Shown piece by piece: positions 20,734 through 32,424 of a DNA stretch of 64,000 nt. Position numbers and translations under genes: made by a program. Under the pieces are notes generated by a model that was not told the origin of the DNA, searched no databases, and worked only from the letters and a program-made list of their open reading frames with translations. Numbering within the stretch: the first letter of the stretch is position 1; every line of letters starts with the position of its first letter. Source of the stretch: Candidatus Thorarchaeota archaeon (GTDB taxonomy: Archaea > Asgardarchaeota > Thorarchaeia > Thorarchaeales > Thorarchaeaceae); the NCBI GenBank assembly GCA_963726195.1, contig CAVSBO010000003.1, positions 224,001 to 288,000 on the forward strand. The letters are read 5' to 3'.

Positions 20734-22242
20734 ATGACATCGTTTGAGAAGCTCATGGAGAAACAGAAAGAACTCGCTATCTTGGGTGCAGCAACAGGTA
20801 TTCTTCAGTGGGATCTTGAAACCTACATACCTGCGAAAGGAGTGGAGTTGAGAAGCGAGGAAATGGGCCTGCTGACACGCATGTACCACGACATGGTCGT
20901 TAGTCAAGAGATGGGCCAGCTCATACGCGAAGCAGAGAAAGAGAAGCTCAATGAAGTCCAGACCCGGAATGTGTTTCTCGCCCGGAGGGAGTACGACCAG
21001 GAGACCAGAGTTCCGTCAGATTCAGTGCAGGAGCTCGCAAAGCAGCAAGCAGCTACGTTGGATGTTTGGAAGAAGGCCAAGGCAGCAAAGAACTGGAGTA
21101 TGTTCGCACCAAGTCTTCAGAAGTTGGTTGAGCTCTCAGTAAAGCGAGCCGAGTTCATGATGGAAGCAAAAGGAATGTCGAATGTGTATGACTGCATGAT
21201 TGATGACTTCGAAAGAGCGATGCCAGCAGACGACATAGCGAAGGTCTTTGGAGAACTCCGTTCGAGACTTGTCCCTCTTGTAAAGAGATGCACCGACGCA
21301 TCCAAGCAGATACGGCCTGAATCCATACGAGTGAAAGTACCCATAGATGTTCAGCGGACAATCGCCAAGGATGTTGCATCCCTCGTAGGCTATGATACTA
21401 CGTCAGACCAAGCTCGCGGTCGACTTGATGAAACCGAGCACCCCTTCACTAGCGGCTACTACGATGATGTCCGTGTGACTCTCCACTACTACGAGGACAA
21501 TCCGGTTGACCTCATTTTCACGGTCATGCATGAATGTGGTCATGGCATCTACGAGCAGAATCTGAGCCGCGAGTTCATGTATCAGCCTATAGGCCACGCA
21601 GCCAGCATGGGAGTTCACGAGTCCATGTCTAGGTTTGTCGAGAACATGATTGGAAGGTCATCAGAGTTTCTAAGGTTCTATCACCAGCGTCTCAACAAGA
21701 TTACTGGAAACGCATTCAAGTCCATGGACCTTGATACGTTCGTGAAAGCCGTGAACATGGTGAGACCTTCAAAGATACGGATTCAAGCAGACGAAGTTAC
21801 CTACTCACTGCACGTCATAATCCGGTTTGAAATCGAGAGAGATCTCTTCGGAGGAAAAGTGAAGGTCTCTGAGCTTCCGCACCTGTGGAACGAGAAGTAC
21901 AATCAGTACTTGGGCATGAAGATTGAAAACGACTCGGAAGGCGTGATGCAAGATGTTCACTGGGGGTCAGGACTCTATGGCTATTTCCCGTCATATGCTC
22001 TAGGCAACGTGTATGATGGTATGTTCCTAGACAAGCTCAACAAGTCATTGCCTTCATGGAAACAGTCTGTCACACAAGGGAAGCTCGAACCCGTACTGGG
22101 TTGGCTGAGAGAGAACATACATGCCAAGGCATCGCTCTACGACCCTCGCGACCTAGCCCAGCGAGTGACCGGCATGAAGCTCACTGCTAAGCCGTTCCTC
22201 GATTACGTGGAAAAGAAATACTTGCAGCTGTTTCCATCATAA
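20734..22242 (+). CDS. Carboxypeptidase M32
   Basis: HPF, DVRVT, HECGH, HES, IRIQADE, QDVHW, GYFPSYALG. Confidence 0.95.
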   Translation: MTSFEKLMEKQKELAILGAATGILQWDLETYIPAKGVELRSEEMGLLTRMYHDMVVSQEMGQLIREAEKEKLNEVQTRNVFLARREYDQETRVPSDSVQELAKQQAATLDVWKKAKAAKNWSMFAPSLQKLVELSVKRAEFMMEAKGMSNVYDCMIDDFERAMPADDIAKVFGELRSRLVPLVKRCTDASKQIRPESIRVKVPIDVQRTIAKDVASLVGYDTTSDQARGRLDETEHPFTSGYYDDVRVTLHYYEDNPVDLIFTVMHECGHGIYEQNLSREFMYQPIGHAASMGVHESMSRFVENMIGRSSEFLRFYHQRLNKITGNAFKSMDLDTFVKAVNMVRPSKIRIQADEVTYSLHVIIRFEIERDLFGGKVKVSELPHLWNEKYNQYLGMKIENDSEGVMQDVHWGSGLYGYFPSYALGNVYDGMFLDKLNKSLPSWKQSVTQGKLEPVLGWLRENIHAKASLYDPRDLAQRVTGMKLTAKPFLDYVEKKYLQLFPS

Positions 22243-22364
22243 ACGCATGTCAGATGCCAACGAACCCCGTGGCCAGTCGGACTACCGAGGTCACTCAGCA
22301 ATACGAAGGGATTGGCCAAGAAGCTTTATGAGACCTAGAGGCACTGTGCGGCAACGAGAGTGGT

Positions 22365-25300
22365 TTGGTATTGCCGCGCAGTGTGCTCAGGTTTTCAGTG
22401 CTACTCGTTATGATTCTACTACTCGTTGTTCCCGGCTACTCCTTTGCGTCTACAGGACCCAGTTCGTCTTCCGCAAAGGCATCGTATCAGCAAGGCATGA
22501 CCTTGTCGGACGAATATGATGATAATCCACCACAAGCCGAGTCAACATCCCATGCTTCGGTCTGGATAACGTCCACAAGTGATTTCGTTCTCCAGACGGC
22601 AGATGGACTCTCGATTGTGCTCAGCGACGTCGGACAAATCAAGTACATCCGCATAGACGGAGTAACGATCTCCTCGGGCACGCTAGACCCTCTTGGGGTC
22701 GCCGACGTCAATGCCAGGACATACGACACTATGGGTGGTTCTGTGGCGCAGGTCGGTCAGACCTATCAGCAGACTGCAACGAAACTCCAGTTCAATCTCA
22801 ATCTCACCTACATTGTTTATGACAACTACATCAAAATCATAATGCAGGCACACAACGAGGGAGCAGCGGAGAGAGCCGCAGACCTCTGTCTGAGAATGCC
22901 AATAACAAGAGGCGGGGCATACTGGTGGCAAGGACCCAACCAAGCAATCAATGTGTCTGCCAGCGGCAACTACGAATATGTCAAGCAGAGTACCTATGAC
23001 ATACCTTACGGCTATCACAAGATGTCATGGTTGCCTTGGTCGGTCGTTGGCGTGGGAGACAAGGGCCTATGCATGGCGGTGCTCCTGAACTATCCTGGCG
23101 TCTTCTTCAGTGGATACAGCGCCTCACAGCAGCAAATGTACTGCAACTATTCAGTCGGTTTCAGCAATCACCAGACAATGAAACCGGGATTCGCCCAGTT
23201 TGGACTCATTCTATACAAGGTAGATGCGAGGTGGGGCATAAGATCTGCTGCCTCCAGATACTATACGTTCTTTCCCAAATGGTTCACAACGGCAAGAGCT
23301 GTTGGAGGAACAGAAGCCATCAGTGGGCCACTCCAGGTGCCTGAATCAGGAATGCTAACATACAAACACGCAGACCTGACAGCGTTGCGTTTTCCATACG
23401 GCGGTCTCTACGGACTCGCACTGCCATATGATGGGTTTACGAACGCGGCATATGGCGTCAACAGCCTACCATACCTCAATCCAACCGGAATACGCTTGAG
23501 ATGTACCCAGTCTCAATATAATGCAAAAGACTACAATGCAGTTCTCAACATGTACGCATCGTCGCCTGATGAAATCAACAGGACTGCTGCAACATTCATC
23601 AGAAACTCTCTTGCCAAGAATAGCTCCGACCTTCTGCTGGTGCAATGGAGCAGAGACTCACTTAATGTTGATTTCGTGTGTGATCCCATTCTCATCGGCC
23701 ATTCGGCTTCCTATGAGCCCGCATCGAGCTCATCCATGCTGTCAACTCAGGGTACAAGCGAGAGCATACTTGTCAGAGACCTTCTTGACTATTACTCCAA
23801 GTGGGTGGTCATGCCTAGCTACGAGGACAACGTCCCTTACGGTGCGGGTCCAGCTGGCATATTCTTCGACAACATTGGGGCAGGGTGGGATAACAGGAAC
23901 GTGACCCACTTTGAATATACGATGATGCCGCTGTCATATGTCTGCCTGAGTAACAACACAAGAATCCCTGAGTCTAACGTTGCCCATACGCAAGTCGAAC
24001 TACTCTGGGCACTCAGGATGGGCATAGATGCGAGTCTACTACAAGAACATGACCATCTATGGCAACATAGGCAGTGCCTGGCCATATGGCATGTTCCAGG
24101 TTCCCTTCCTTGACGGAGGTCTTCAGGAGCAGGAACTTCTGAACTGGGGTTTCGGTGGGACCAGCTACGATGCATGGGGTCTTGGAATGATCTCGCGATT
24201 CCTGATGAATCAGAAGCCAATCTCCGGCATGGACTACCATGGTTCGCTAGGGACATGGACCCAGATAGCCTCTGAAAGGTACCTTGCTTACGGGATGTAC
24301 CCCTTGATGACCGGCAATTTCACAAGAGACGATGGCCTCTATCAAAAGTACCTGCCCATTGCAGACAGTCTTCAGAAGGCAGGTTGGGGAGCCGTGACGT
24401 ATGCATCCGTTTCCAACACCGGCTCCAACTATGTCACGATGGAGAGATTCGGTCACTGGTACGCCAACTCACTCCAGTTCACCGTCCATAACTGGAACGG
24501 TACGGTCCTCAATAGCGTCACCGCGAGCATTGAAGCTGATAGTCTTGCAATCGATACATCGGGGATGACCATTCGAGAGCTAATGACTGACCAGCCAGTT
24601 TCATACAGCGTTGCCTCCAATAGAATAACATTCACTTTCAGCCTCGGTTACAACGAAACGAAAGTCTTCAGACTTTACAACCCAGTCTATGGAGTGCCCA
24701 CACTCGCATACGATGTACCCAATCCCGAGTCGCCCTCTCAAGTCAAGTTGGTTGCAGCTTTTTCCACAAGCATCCCTGCGGGAGCACCATTGCCGAACGT
24801 CAGGTTCATTGACAATGGCAATCTGCTGATCGATGTTGGTTCGAACTGGGCGAACACGACATACTTGTATGCGACAACCTTGATTACACTGGGCAGCGGC
24901 TATCATGGCATCACTGTTCAGATTCTGGATACTGCAAGCATGGCGGCGCCTGGCTACATGTCAGCCCTTGCCGCAGGAGGGGGTTCAGAACTATCCTTCA
25001 CGCTACCGTTCTTCTGGCCCTACAGAATTCTGATCACGGTTGACCCAGGAAACATCCCGCGACACGCAGCCTATGCCCGCGTGCCAATCAACTTTGAGCA
25101 AGTCAGAAACACGCTTGGCATCACATCAACTGTGGATTTTGACTCACTGAGAATGGTAAATCCAAACGGTAATCCTGTTGTCCTTCAATGGTTGGCCACA
25201 CCACACAGCCCCGAGTCGGGCGTTCTGGTCTTCCCATATAGTCAGGAGGCTGTGACTGTCGGCGCTACCAACGTTTTCAAGCTCTACTTCGACACCGTGG

Positions 25301-26199
25301 CTGGCACAGCGAAACCATCGTATCTCCAGCTTCACTCCCCGTTCAAGACGGTCGGTCCGTTTGGGGTCCAACTTGCTGATTCAACAATGATTCTGCCATG
25401 GCCAGTTGGTGCGAACGTTTACTTGATTCAGAAGACGCCCGATGAGGTCGCAAGGGGGTATGCGTTGCACTCGCTAGCCCAAGGAGGATGGGCAGGCCAC
25501 CTAGGCGCGTACGAACAGTTCGCTGCGACTGTGGTGAATCAGGGCCCGTGTCTCGTCCGGTTGGCCTTTACCCACGGACCTGAGGGTTCATACTCTTCCT
25601 TTGGCTGCTATCTTGACATCTATGCCACGGGAGTGGTCGAATTCTGGGCCTACATGAACTACAGTTCTCAAGTTACCGACGCGTTCACTGTATATAGACA
25701 ATATGAATGGACTCCTCCGAATAGGACGGGCTTTTACATGGGGCCTGATGGTACACTCGTGACTTTGAGTCCCGGCGACCACAAGGACCCCATCACCGAC
25801 TTCACGGAACCGTGGTTCGGTCAGATTGACACCTTGGGCAGATACTCGTTCACGGTGGCACTCGATCCGATTCCTGCGAATGGGATGATTCATACAACCT
25901 ACAATGAGGACGCTGTTCGGTTCCAGCAAAACGTGTTCAATGTGAGCCAGCTAGCCGTCTATCATCTGGTCTATGTTGCCGGCGTCGGAACCGCCCAGTC
26001 TGCAATCGTAGCAGCGAGAGAATGGCTGAATATGTCCTACACTCTAGTTGCCGAGGCCATTACGACAGAGAAGCCAAACAACTTCACGCTATTCATCGTA
26101 GCTGGTGCCGGAGCAGCCGTGGTGGCTGCAGTGGCCGGGCTATACATCTATCGCAGACGACAAGGAACCGGAGGCAAACCCGAAGACTCGGCTGCATGA
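22365..26199 (+). CDS. Large secreted, C-terminally membrane-anchored protein (frameshift near 24030)
   Basis: N-terminal signal-like helix; overlapping 582-aa and 723-aa ORFs; C-terminal TM followed by YRRRQ; many NxS/T sequons. Confidence 0.7.
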
Positions 26200-26270
26200 G
26201 AACACCACATAGCATCGGACTTCGAATAATCAGCTCTGTTCAAGGCGGAGTTACTGTTGGCGGCCTCGCC

Positions 26271-26840
26271 TCATGGAACATCCTCCAGTCTGCGGTTGGT
26301 GGTCGGACTCAGTCCCACAACCTTGGAGGCAATCCACTGAAGAAATCTTGTTATTCCTTCGCCTGTCCGGAAATCAACGCGTGCAATTCTCACAAATCGA
26401 GGAATGAACATCTGCCTAGCTAGGCAGAGCTCACCGCGGCTTTGACGGCTCGGTGAATCATAGATGAGGACGGCAGGCTTGGGAGCAACTCCGTAGGAAT
26501 CGAATACCTCAACAAAGCGGGCCAACTCTCTCAATGAGTATGCCTGTGCTATGTCTCCAATCATGACTATCCCCGCGTATCTTCCAAAGTACTCGTGAGG
26601 TGAGATGATGCCATACAGTTCCCACACCCAAGGGCCGTGTATCTCTAGAATCAATTCGACTGTGACGACGCGTGGCTCAGTCTCGACTGACAAGTGAGTT
26701 ACCCACTCGTCTCTGGACAGACCCGACAAGCTGTCCTTTGGTTCCATATTCACGTCAGAGACTCTCTTGCCTTCTGCAGAAAGAGCACAAAAACGGAGGC
26801 ATGATTCCGGTTCTCCGACCACCACAACTCGAAAGTGCAT
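26271..26840 (-). CDS. Degenerate small-GTPase-fold protein (pseudo-GTPase)
   Basis: FRVVVVGE start, YFGRYAGIVMIGDI..SL..L, PAVLI and RTGEGI..FL scaffold match Ras-family spacing, but the G-boxes are lost. Confidence 0.55.
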   Translation of the reverse strand: MHFRVVVVGEPESCLRFCALSAEGKRVSDVNMEPKDSLSGLSRDEWVTHLSVETEPRVVTVELILEIHGPWVWELYGIISPHEYFGRYAGIVMIGDIAQAYSLRELARFVEVFDSYGVAPKPAVLIYDSPSRQSRGELCLARQMFIPRFVRIARVDFRTGEGITRFLQWIASKVVGLSPTTNRRLEDVP

Positions 26841-26848
26841 GGTCGAAG

Positions 26849-27346
26849 TCACAAAAAATGAGCCCCCACGTACTGCCAATAGTCTCTTGAATGACTGTTC
26901 AGGAAGGAAACATAGCTGAGAACAATCCCAGCCGCATCCTCAACCAAGTGGGAACAGACGTCTTGGAAGACGCCTTTTTTTTCAGCTTCCGCATGAGCTT
27001 GAGGGTCACCAACATCGAACCCTACGAGTTCCCTGCAGATCGTTGTGCCTTTCATTTCTCGGAATTCTTTGAGAAAGCGAGCGGTGAGTTCGTATGTCAG
27101 CTTTTTGTGCTCCTTGACATCAGAAGTCTTCTGAGCAGCCAGTACTCCAATCGCCATTATGGCACCCGTGACAGCTCCGCAAGTCTGTCCTTGCCGCCCG
27201 ATACCTCCGCCAAAGCCCGCAGCAAGGTAGGGAGCTTGTTTGAAGTAGCATTTCTTGGTTTCGAGCAAGGCCCTCAATGTCGATTGAGCACAATTGTAGC
27301 TGGAGCTGAAGTATTCCTTAGCCTTCGTCTTTGCTTGTTCGGGCAT
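26849..27346 (-). CDS. C_GCAxxG_C_C family redox-active protein
   Basis: YNCAQS, GFGGG, TCGAVTG, TICREL, VC. Confidence 0.88.
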   Translation of the reverse strand: MPEQAKTKAKEYFSSSYNCAQSTLRALLETKKCYFKQAPYLAAGFGGGIGRQGQTCGAVTGAIMAIGVLAAQKTSDVKEHKKLTYELTARFLKEFREMKGTTICRELVGFDVGDPQAHAEAEKKGVFQDVCSHLVEDAAGIVLSYVSFLNSHSRDYWQYVGAHFL

Positions 27347-27453
27347 GTCAAACACGACCGCGGTGGAACTGCTGAACTACGACGCATATGGTACATATCA
27401 GTCTTGCCAACAGACGAGTTCAGCCCTCTTGCTCACAGACCGCGCATAGCATG

Positions 27454-27960
27454 CTACTTCTTGGGAGTCTTTCGCGAACCGACAGCCATCTCGGACCATT
27501 TGGCGGGAAGTTCATCCCGACGAGGTTTGTAGACTTGCTCAAAGAACTTCGATTGAGAAAGGAGAACCTCGCGGTCGAAGTCGTCCATCAGATCAAGGGC
27601 TTCAGCCCAAGCCTTTTCATAGCTCGTGCCGAACCGGGACACAATCCGTGCCTTGAACTCCTCTTCGGTCTGAGTCTTGCCGCCGAACGTGAAGACCAGA
27701 GCGCCGGGTTCTGACTCGGCCTTGTACGCCTTTTCATCCCCCAAGCGGAACTCTTCCGGCGCCTCTTCAGGGACCGGTGCTTGTGCCCCGGGTTTCGGTG
27801 CAGATTTCAGGGGCGCAGTCGACTTGAACCCGCGCTTCGCCGCAGCATAGAAAATCGCACGGTTCAAGCCCCAGCTTCTAGCCGCACTGTCGTCAAGACC
27901 CAGAGTATGCGCGCGGGCTGCTTGAAGCAACGCCATGACCTGGAACCTACCAACACTCAT
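27454..27960 (-). CDS. Conserved-looking hypothetical protein
   Basis: Natural composition (GRFQVMALLQAAR, SWGLNRAIFYAAAKRG, VYKPRRD); same strand as neighbours. Confidence 0.7.
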   Translation of the reverse strand: MSVGRFQVMALLQAARAHTLGLDDSAARSWGLNRAIFYAAAKRGFKSTAPLKSAPKPGAQAPVPEEAPEEFRLGDEKAYKAESEPGALVFTFGGKTQTEEEFKARIVSRFGTSYEKAWAEALDLMDDFDREVLLSQSKFFEQVYKPRRDELPAKWSEMAVGSRKTPKK

Positions 27961-28078
27961 TCAGGAATCCTCCCAGACACTCGGAAACGACACAACATAT
28001 TACCTATGGTTTGACTCTATTCATTCACTGCTGAGCTTTTTGAGTCTTCGTGGATGGTTCGCCGCATGAGCTACGCAA

Positions 28079-29473
28079 TCAACCTACGACTGAGAAACCA
28101 TCAAAGAGCAGGCTTGGACAACGAGGCCCGTATGCACTAAGCTTCACATCATTTCCAATGCCTACTAGGTTCCTGAGACCGTCATAAAACTGGCCAGCAA
28201 CGGACACTGGTTGAAGTGGATACTGGATGGCTCCTCGTTCGATGAGATATGCCGATTTTGCAACTACTGAGAACTGGCCTGTACTGGGATCGCTATGAAA
28301 GATGCCAATCGGTGGATCGGTTATCAGAACTGCTTTGCGATCAACCGAGGAGACTAGCTCATCAAACGTCTTGGAACCCGGTGCGACAGTGAGACCCTTG
28401 AGAAAGACCGTGACTGACGATTCATACGGTGTTTCTCCTCCGAATATAGGCGCACCTCTTGAGCAATTCCCGGTAGACTCGACACCAAATGCTCGAGCAT
28501 AGTAGCTGTTGAACAGAAATGTCTTCAATATGCCCAGGTCAACGATTACATTCTTCTGTTGAGGCAGACCCTCGGCATCTACACTCTCCGTTCCAAGCCC
28601 GTCAACCCTCTGTCCATCATCCTCTAGATTGAAGCCCTTGCTGGCAACCGTATCCCCTATCCGGTCGCATAATGGCGAGGTCTTCTCGACTACGGAGCGT
28701 CCGAGGACACCCTGACCAATGCCGATTAGAATGCAGGATGCAGCAGCTTCTTGCTTCCACAGAGTTGGCATAACAGCGGTCGAGTCGAGCTTCTTGGCCC
28801 CATGTTGCTTGACAGCATCCTTCGCGGCCTCATCTCCCAGACCTTCTGTGTTGAACAAACGGTCGCAGGCGGCATCATATTTGCTGGCGGTCTTCCGCTC
28901 CTCGCCTTCGATTGACATGACATCGACAGCACAGGCATTGCGTCCCGATCTGGAAGCTCTTTGAACGCCGCGGGTGTTGCCGACCGCGAATCCACCCCAT
29001 GACGCACTACACTGCGCACCCGCAACCTTCACTCGCGGGTCTACCAGACGTGCCTCGTCAATCATTTCCTGGCCATGACGGAGAAGGTCTTCTACTCCTA
29101 TCGATAGGATTTCCTTCGAGAACCTACATTCGCGTCCCGGTTTCTTCGGTTCGCAAAAGCCCTGAAACCTATCATCTTCGGCTGTCACTCGGTCAGCAAT
29201 TGACAGCGCTTCCTTGACGCTCACTTTGACCCTGTCGGCGCTGGCTCCGCTCGCACATGCAAACCCTATCCGCTTTCCCTTTGCAGCTCTGACAGCATTG
29301 CCAGCAACGATGCCATCCTTCGCTGTGACCACGCCTTGGTCAATCTCGGCGCGGGCAACATTGCGATAATAAACATACACCTCATACTCTGCTGAGCCGT
29401 CTAGTTTGGTAGCAAACTTTAGGCCTGTGTCAACCGCAGATAGCATCTCATCCTTGACATTTTCATAGTCCAT
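28079..29473 (-). CDS. pmbA: TldE/PmbA-family protein
   Basis: DAEG, STGN, TGQFS, AYLIERG, PSLL; lacks HExxH; follows tldD. Confidence 0.85.
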   Translation of the reverse strand: MDYENVKDEMLSAVDTGLKFATKLDGSAEYEVYVYYRNVARAEIDQGVVTAKDGIVAGNAVRAAKGKRIGFACASGASADRVKVSVKEALSIADRVTAEDDRFQGFCEPKKPGRECRFSKEILSIGVEDLLRHGQEMIDEARLVDPRVKVAGAQCSASWGGFAVGNTRGVQRASRSGRNACAVDVMSIEGEERKTASKYDAACDRLFNTEGLGDEAAKDAVKQHGAKKLDSTAVMPTLWKQEAAASCILIGIGQGVLGRSVVEKTSPLCDRIGDTVASKGFNLEDDGQRVDGLGTESVDAEGLPQQKNVIVDLGILKTFLFNSYYARAFGVESTGNCSRGAPIFGGETPYESSVTVFLKGLTVAPGSKTFDELVSSVDRKAVLITDPPIGIFHSDPSTGQFSVVAKSAYLIERGAIQYPLQPVSVAGQFYDGLRNLVGIGNDVKLSAYGPRCPSLLFDGFSVVG

Positions 29474-29489
29474 TCACAACGCCTCCCGC

Positions 29490-30917
29490 TCACGCTTGAC
29501 CTCCAAATGTCACACCATCAACAACCAGCTTGGGTCCGCCCAAGCCGACAGGCAAAGGACTCTGATCGCCTTTCCCACAACCACCAAAATAGCCAGATGT
29601 TATCTCGAAGTCCTTAGTAGCTCCTTCAACGTGGGAGAGGAGATCCAGTATGTTGCCAGAGAGAGCCACCTCCCTCAACGGATACTTGATTTCTCCTCCT
29701 TCGACCCAGTATCCCCTGATTGCGATGAACAGAAAGCTGCCGTCTCCTTCAACCTGACCGCCCTCACTCTGTATAGCATATACCCCTGTTCCCAGCTTCT
29801 CTATTGCCTCCTCCTCCGTAAGATCACCCGGGAGGAAGTACGTGTTGGTCATCCTCACGATCGGTGGATAGAGGAAGCTCACTGCTCTAGCATTCCCCGT
29901 GACCCTCTGGCCCAGCTTTTGCGCAGTTCCCCTATTATGGAGATAGTGAGTGAGCACGCCTTTGTCTAGCACTGTGGTAAGCCCCGTTCTGACGCCCTGA
30001 TCATCGAATGGTACCCACAGCCCACCGTAATTCTCAATGTCAGGAAGTCCAGCATCGACTATGCACGCAGCGCTGCTACCGAGACGAGTTCCGATCTTGT
30101 CTGTCAGCGGAGAAGCGCCTGTCACCACGAAATCTGCTTCACTCAAGTGACCAAACGACTCGTGCGCCAGAACACCGACAAGCCTGTTCTCTATGAGGGC
30201 TCGAAACTTACCTCCGGGACAAGCCTCTGCTTTGAGTTGTTCCTTGGCTCGGCTACCAGCTTCTCGTCCCATGTCCTCAGGGGTTCTGCCTTTCTTCCCA
30301 TAATGCTCGAGACCCACGGATCCACCGTAACCTTCTGCGCCTACTACCAGTGCCCCAGCGTCAGTCTTTGATGTAACCATGCACCGAAGATCTGTGACAA
30401 GGAAGTCCCAATCAATCTCGGATCCGTCACTGTTCGTCAGGACCTTCTTGCCATACAGCTCGCCATAAAGACCCCGAACATTCCTGATGTTCGCTCCATG
30501 CTCTCTTGCGGCCTCGACAATTCTGTTGACCAAGTCTGTCTTGAAAGCCAAGTCTCGCTGACTCGGGTGAATAGCAGGGCGAAGTGTGTCAGAGGGACGA
30601 CTCTTTACGGCTTTGGCTTTCTCGAATGGCAGCTTCAGCTTCGCGGACGGTACTGAGGCTCTGGCCATCGTGAAGGCCCTTAGGGTTGCGGCGCGAATGT
30701 CCTTCAAAGTGATACCTGATGAGAATGAATAGCCTGAGACACCTTCGATATAGCATGTGATTCCTATTCCCATACGCGACTTGACTTGTATGTCCTTCCA
30801 TGTGTCATCCGAACGGTCCAATGTTCGTAGCGTAAGGTCATCATAGCGGGCCTCCACGAAGTTCGCACCAAGCTTCTCTCCATAGTCGATGCATTTTTGA
30901 AGCGTGTCCAACATCAA
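29490..30917 (-). CDS. tldD: TldD metalloprotease
   Basis: HESFGHLSEAD, FDDQG, RMTNTY, CGKGDQ..PVGLGGP. Confidence 0.92.
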   Translation of the reverse strand: MMLDTLQKCIDYGEKLGANFVEARYDDLTLRTLDRSDDTWKDIQVKSRMGIGITCYIEGVSGYSFSSGITLKDIRAATLRAFTMARASVPSAKLKLPFEKAKAVKSRPSDTLRPAIHPSQRDLAFKTDLVNRIVEAAREHGANIRNVRGLYGELYGKKVLTNSDGSEIDWDFLVTDLRCMVTSKTDAGALVVGAEGYGGSVGLEHYGKKGRTPEDMGREAGSRAKEQLKAEACPGGKFRALIENRLVGVLAHESFGHLSEADFVVTGASPLTDKIGTRLGSSAACIVDAGLPDIENYGGLWVPFDDQGVRTGLTTVLDKGVLTHYLHNRGTAQKLGQRVTGNARAVSFLYPPIVRMTNTYFLPGDLTEEEAIEKLGTGVYAIQSEGGQVEGDGSFLFIAIRGYWVEGGEIKYPLREVALSGNILDLLSHVEGATKDFEITSGYFGGCGKGDQSPLPVGLGGPKLVVDGVTFGGQA

Positions 30918-31111
30918 GATTCGCTCCCTATACCGTGCACACTGACAGGCTGGTCAGTGACACTCCGACTGTCTCAGGGAATGCCGCTACACATTCCTCC
31001 ATTTTAACATGGTCCTTCAAGAAGAGGCCATCACTGTCTGAGAACAACGGAGTCGCGGTCTCCTGTGCCACGATAGGAAAGCCCGTTGACACCCTGCCTG
31101 GTCGGGTGTAC

Positions 31112-31504
31112 TCATTTCCTGTAGAGTATTCCTCCGGCAATCGCAAGTATAGTGCCAAGGGCCAAAGCAATCATGGGCAAGGCATCTATGTCGAACTTCG
31201 AATCCCACATCACAAAAGTGAGAAGAAGGCCCATGAAAATGACACTCAAACCGTACAAGATACCGAATGCGCTTGCGCTGTATGTTCCTTCGTCAATGAC
31301 CGTCCCGGATGTCGTCTGCATGTAAGAGTGTATGCTCTTCCCGGTCGCGGCAGAATAGATGCCGAACACGAGCAAAAAGCAAAGCATGCATCCGCCAATG
31401 TTGATTAGCATCTGCGGATATGAAGCACCGAGGAGTCGAGCCAACAATAATGACAATGCCGCGATTACGATTGCCGCAGTATACGCTTGTACTGTATAAT
31501 TCAA
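31112..31504 (-). CDS. Small 4-TM membrane protein
   Basis: Four hydrophobic segments; upstream AGGAGA. Confidence 0.65.
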   Translation of the reverse strand: MNYTVQAYTAAIVIAALSLLLARLLGASYPQMLINIGGCMLCFLLVFGIYSAATGKSIHSYMQTTSGTVIDEGTYSASAFGILYGLSVIFMGLLLTFVMWDSKFDIDALPMIALALGTILAIAGGILYRK

Positions 31505-31635
31505 TGTGATAGCCCTCTCTCCTAGTTTGAAGCTGCACTGAATAAGCGGCGTGTCGAAGCGACTAATAAGTCCTCGGACAGCTTTCTGGCCATTGGCGAT
31601 ATGTGCTTTCGAAACAGGGAACCACCGATGTCATG

Positions 31636-32424
31636 CTAGCCGACAGTCTTTTCCAGAAGGTCTCGCAAATCCCTCCCTCCGAATGGATGGGAGCCGAGGA
31701 GTCTGCCGTTGTAGACCGCGCTGAACACACCGAACGGTGATGGGGCATTCGCCTGGACATCCTTTGCACTCTTCAGTTCCACATCCTGAAACTCTATTCC
31801 GAGGCTGTCTGCTGTTTTCATTAGCCCTTTGACAAATGCTTCGATGTATGGACACTGGTCTGACCGGATGACTGTCAGCCCTGCCCCATATCGAGAAGCA
31901 CGTTCATCCCAGTCCGTTGGGAAAACGGCAGCCGCACCTTGGCGGATTCTTCTAACCATAAGATCGAATGAGGGTGGCGCATAATCGACAGTTTCGAATC
32001 CGTTCGCCAAGAAGACCTTCTTCCGTGCAAGCCATCCGCTGTCACTGCGAGTGACCACTGCCACTCCAGCCATTCCAAGTTTCCTGGCATCCTCAAGGCA
32101 GATATCCAGTAATCGCGATCCATAGCCCTTACCCTTGTGCCGACCGATGACCCAGAGACAATGTATGAACATGTAGTTCTTGGCGTTAACAGGCCGCCAA
32201 GCATACTCTCCAGGAATGTACTCGATGAATCCGAAGGAACCTCTCGGACCTTCGAACCTCTTGAGGTGGAGTAGCTTAATCCGCAATCCCTCTTGAAACC
32301 GGTCAGCCAGCCAATCACGCTTCCGTTGATATCCCTCAGACTTGCGCTTGCTCTTGTAACACAGAAAGCCTTGCTCGTCCACGTTGGTGGCGTCGACTGT
32401 GATTATCTCAACGTCGTCATCCAT
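31636..32424 (-). CDS. GNAT acetyltransferase with YoaP-like C-terminal domain
   Basis: FIEYIPGEYAWRP, KGKGYGSRLL, DQCPY, QANAPSPF. Confidence 0.85.
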   Translation of the reverse strand: MDDDVEIITVDATNVDEQGFLCYKSKRKSEGYQRKRDWLADRFQEGLRIKLLHLKRFEGPRGSFGFIEYIPGEYAWRPVNAKNYMFIHCLWVIGRHKGKGYGSRLLDICLEDARKLGMAGVAVVTRSDSGWLARKKVFLANGFETVDYAPPSFDLMVRRIRQGAAAVFPTDWDERASRYGAGLTVIRSDQCPYIEAFVKGLMKTADSLGIEFQDVELKSAKDVQANAPSPFGVFSAVYNGRLLGSHPFGGRDLRDLLEKTVG

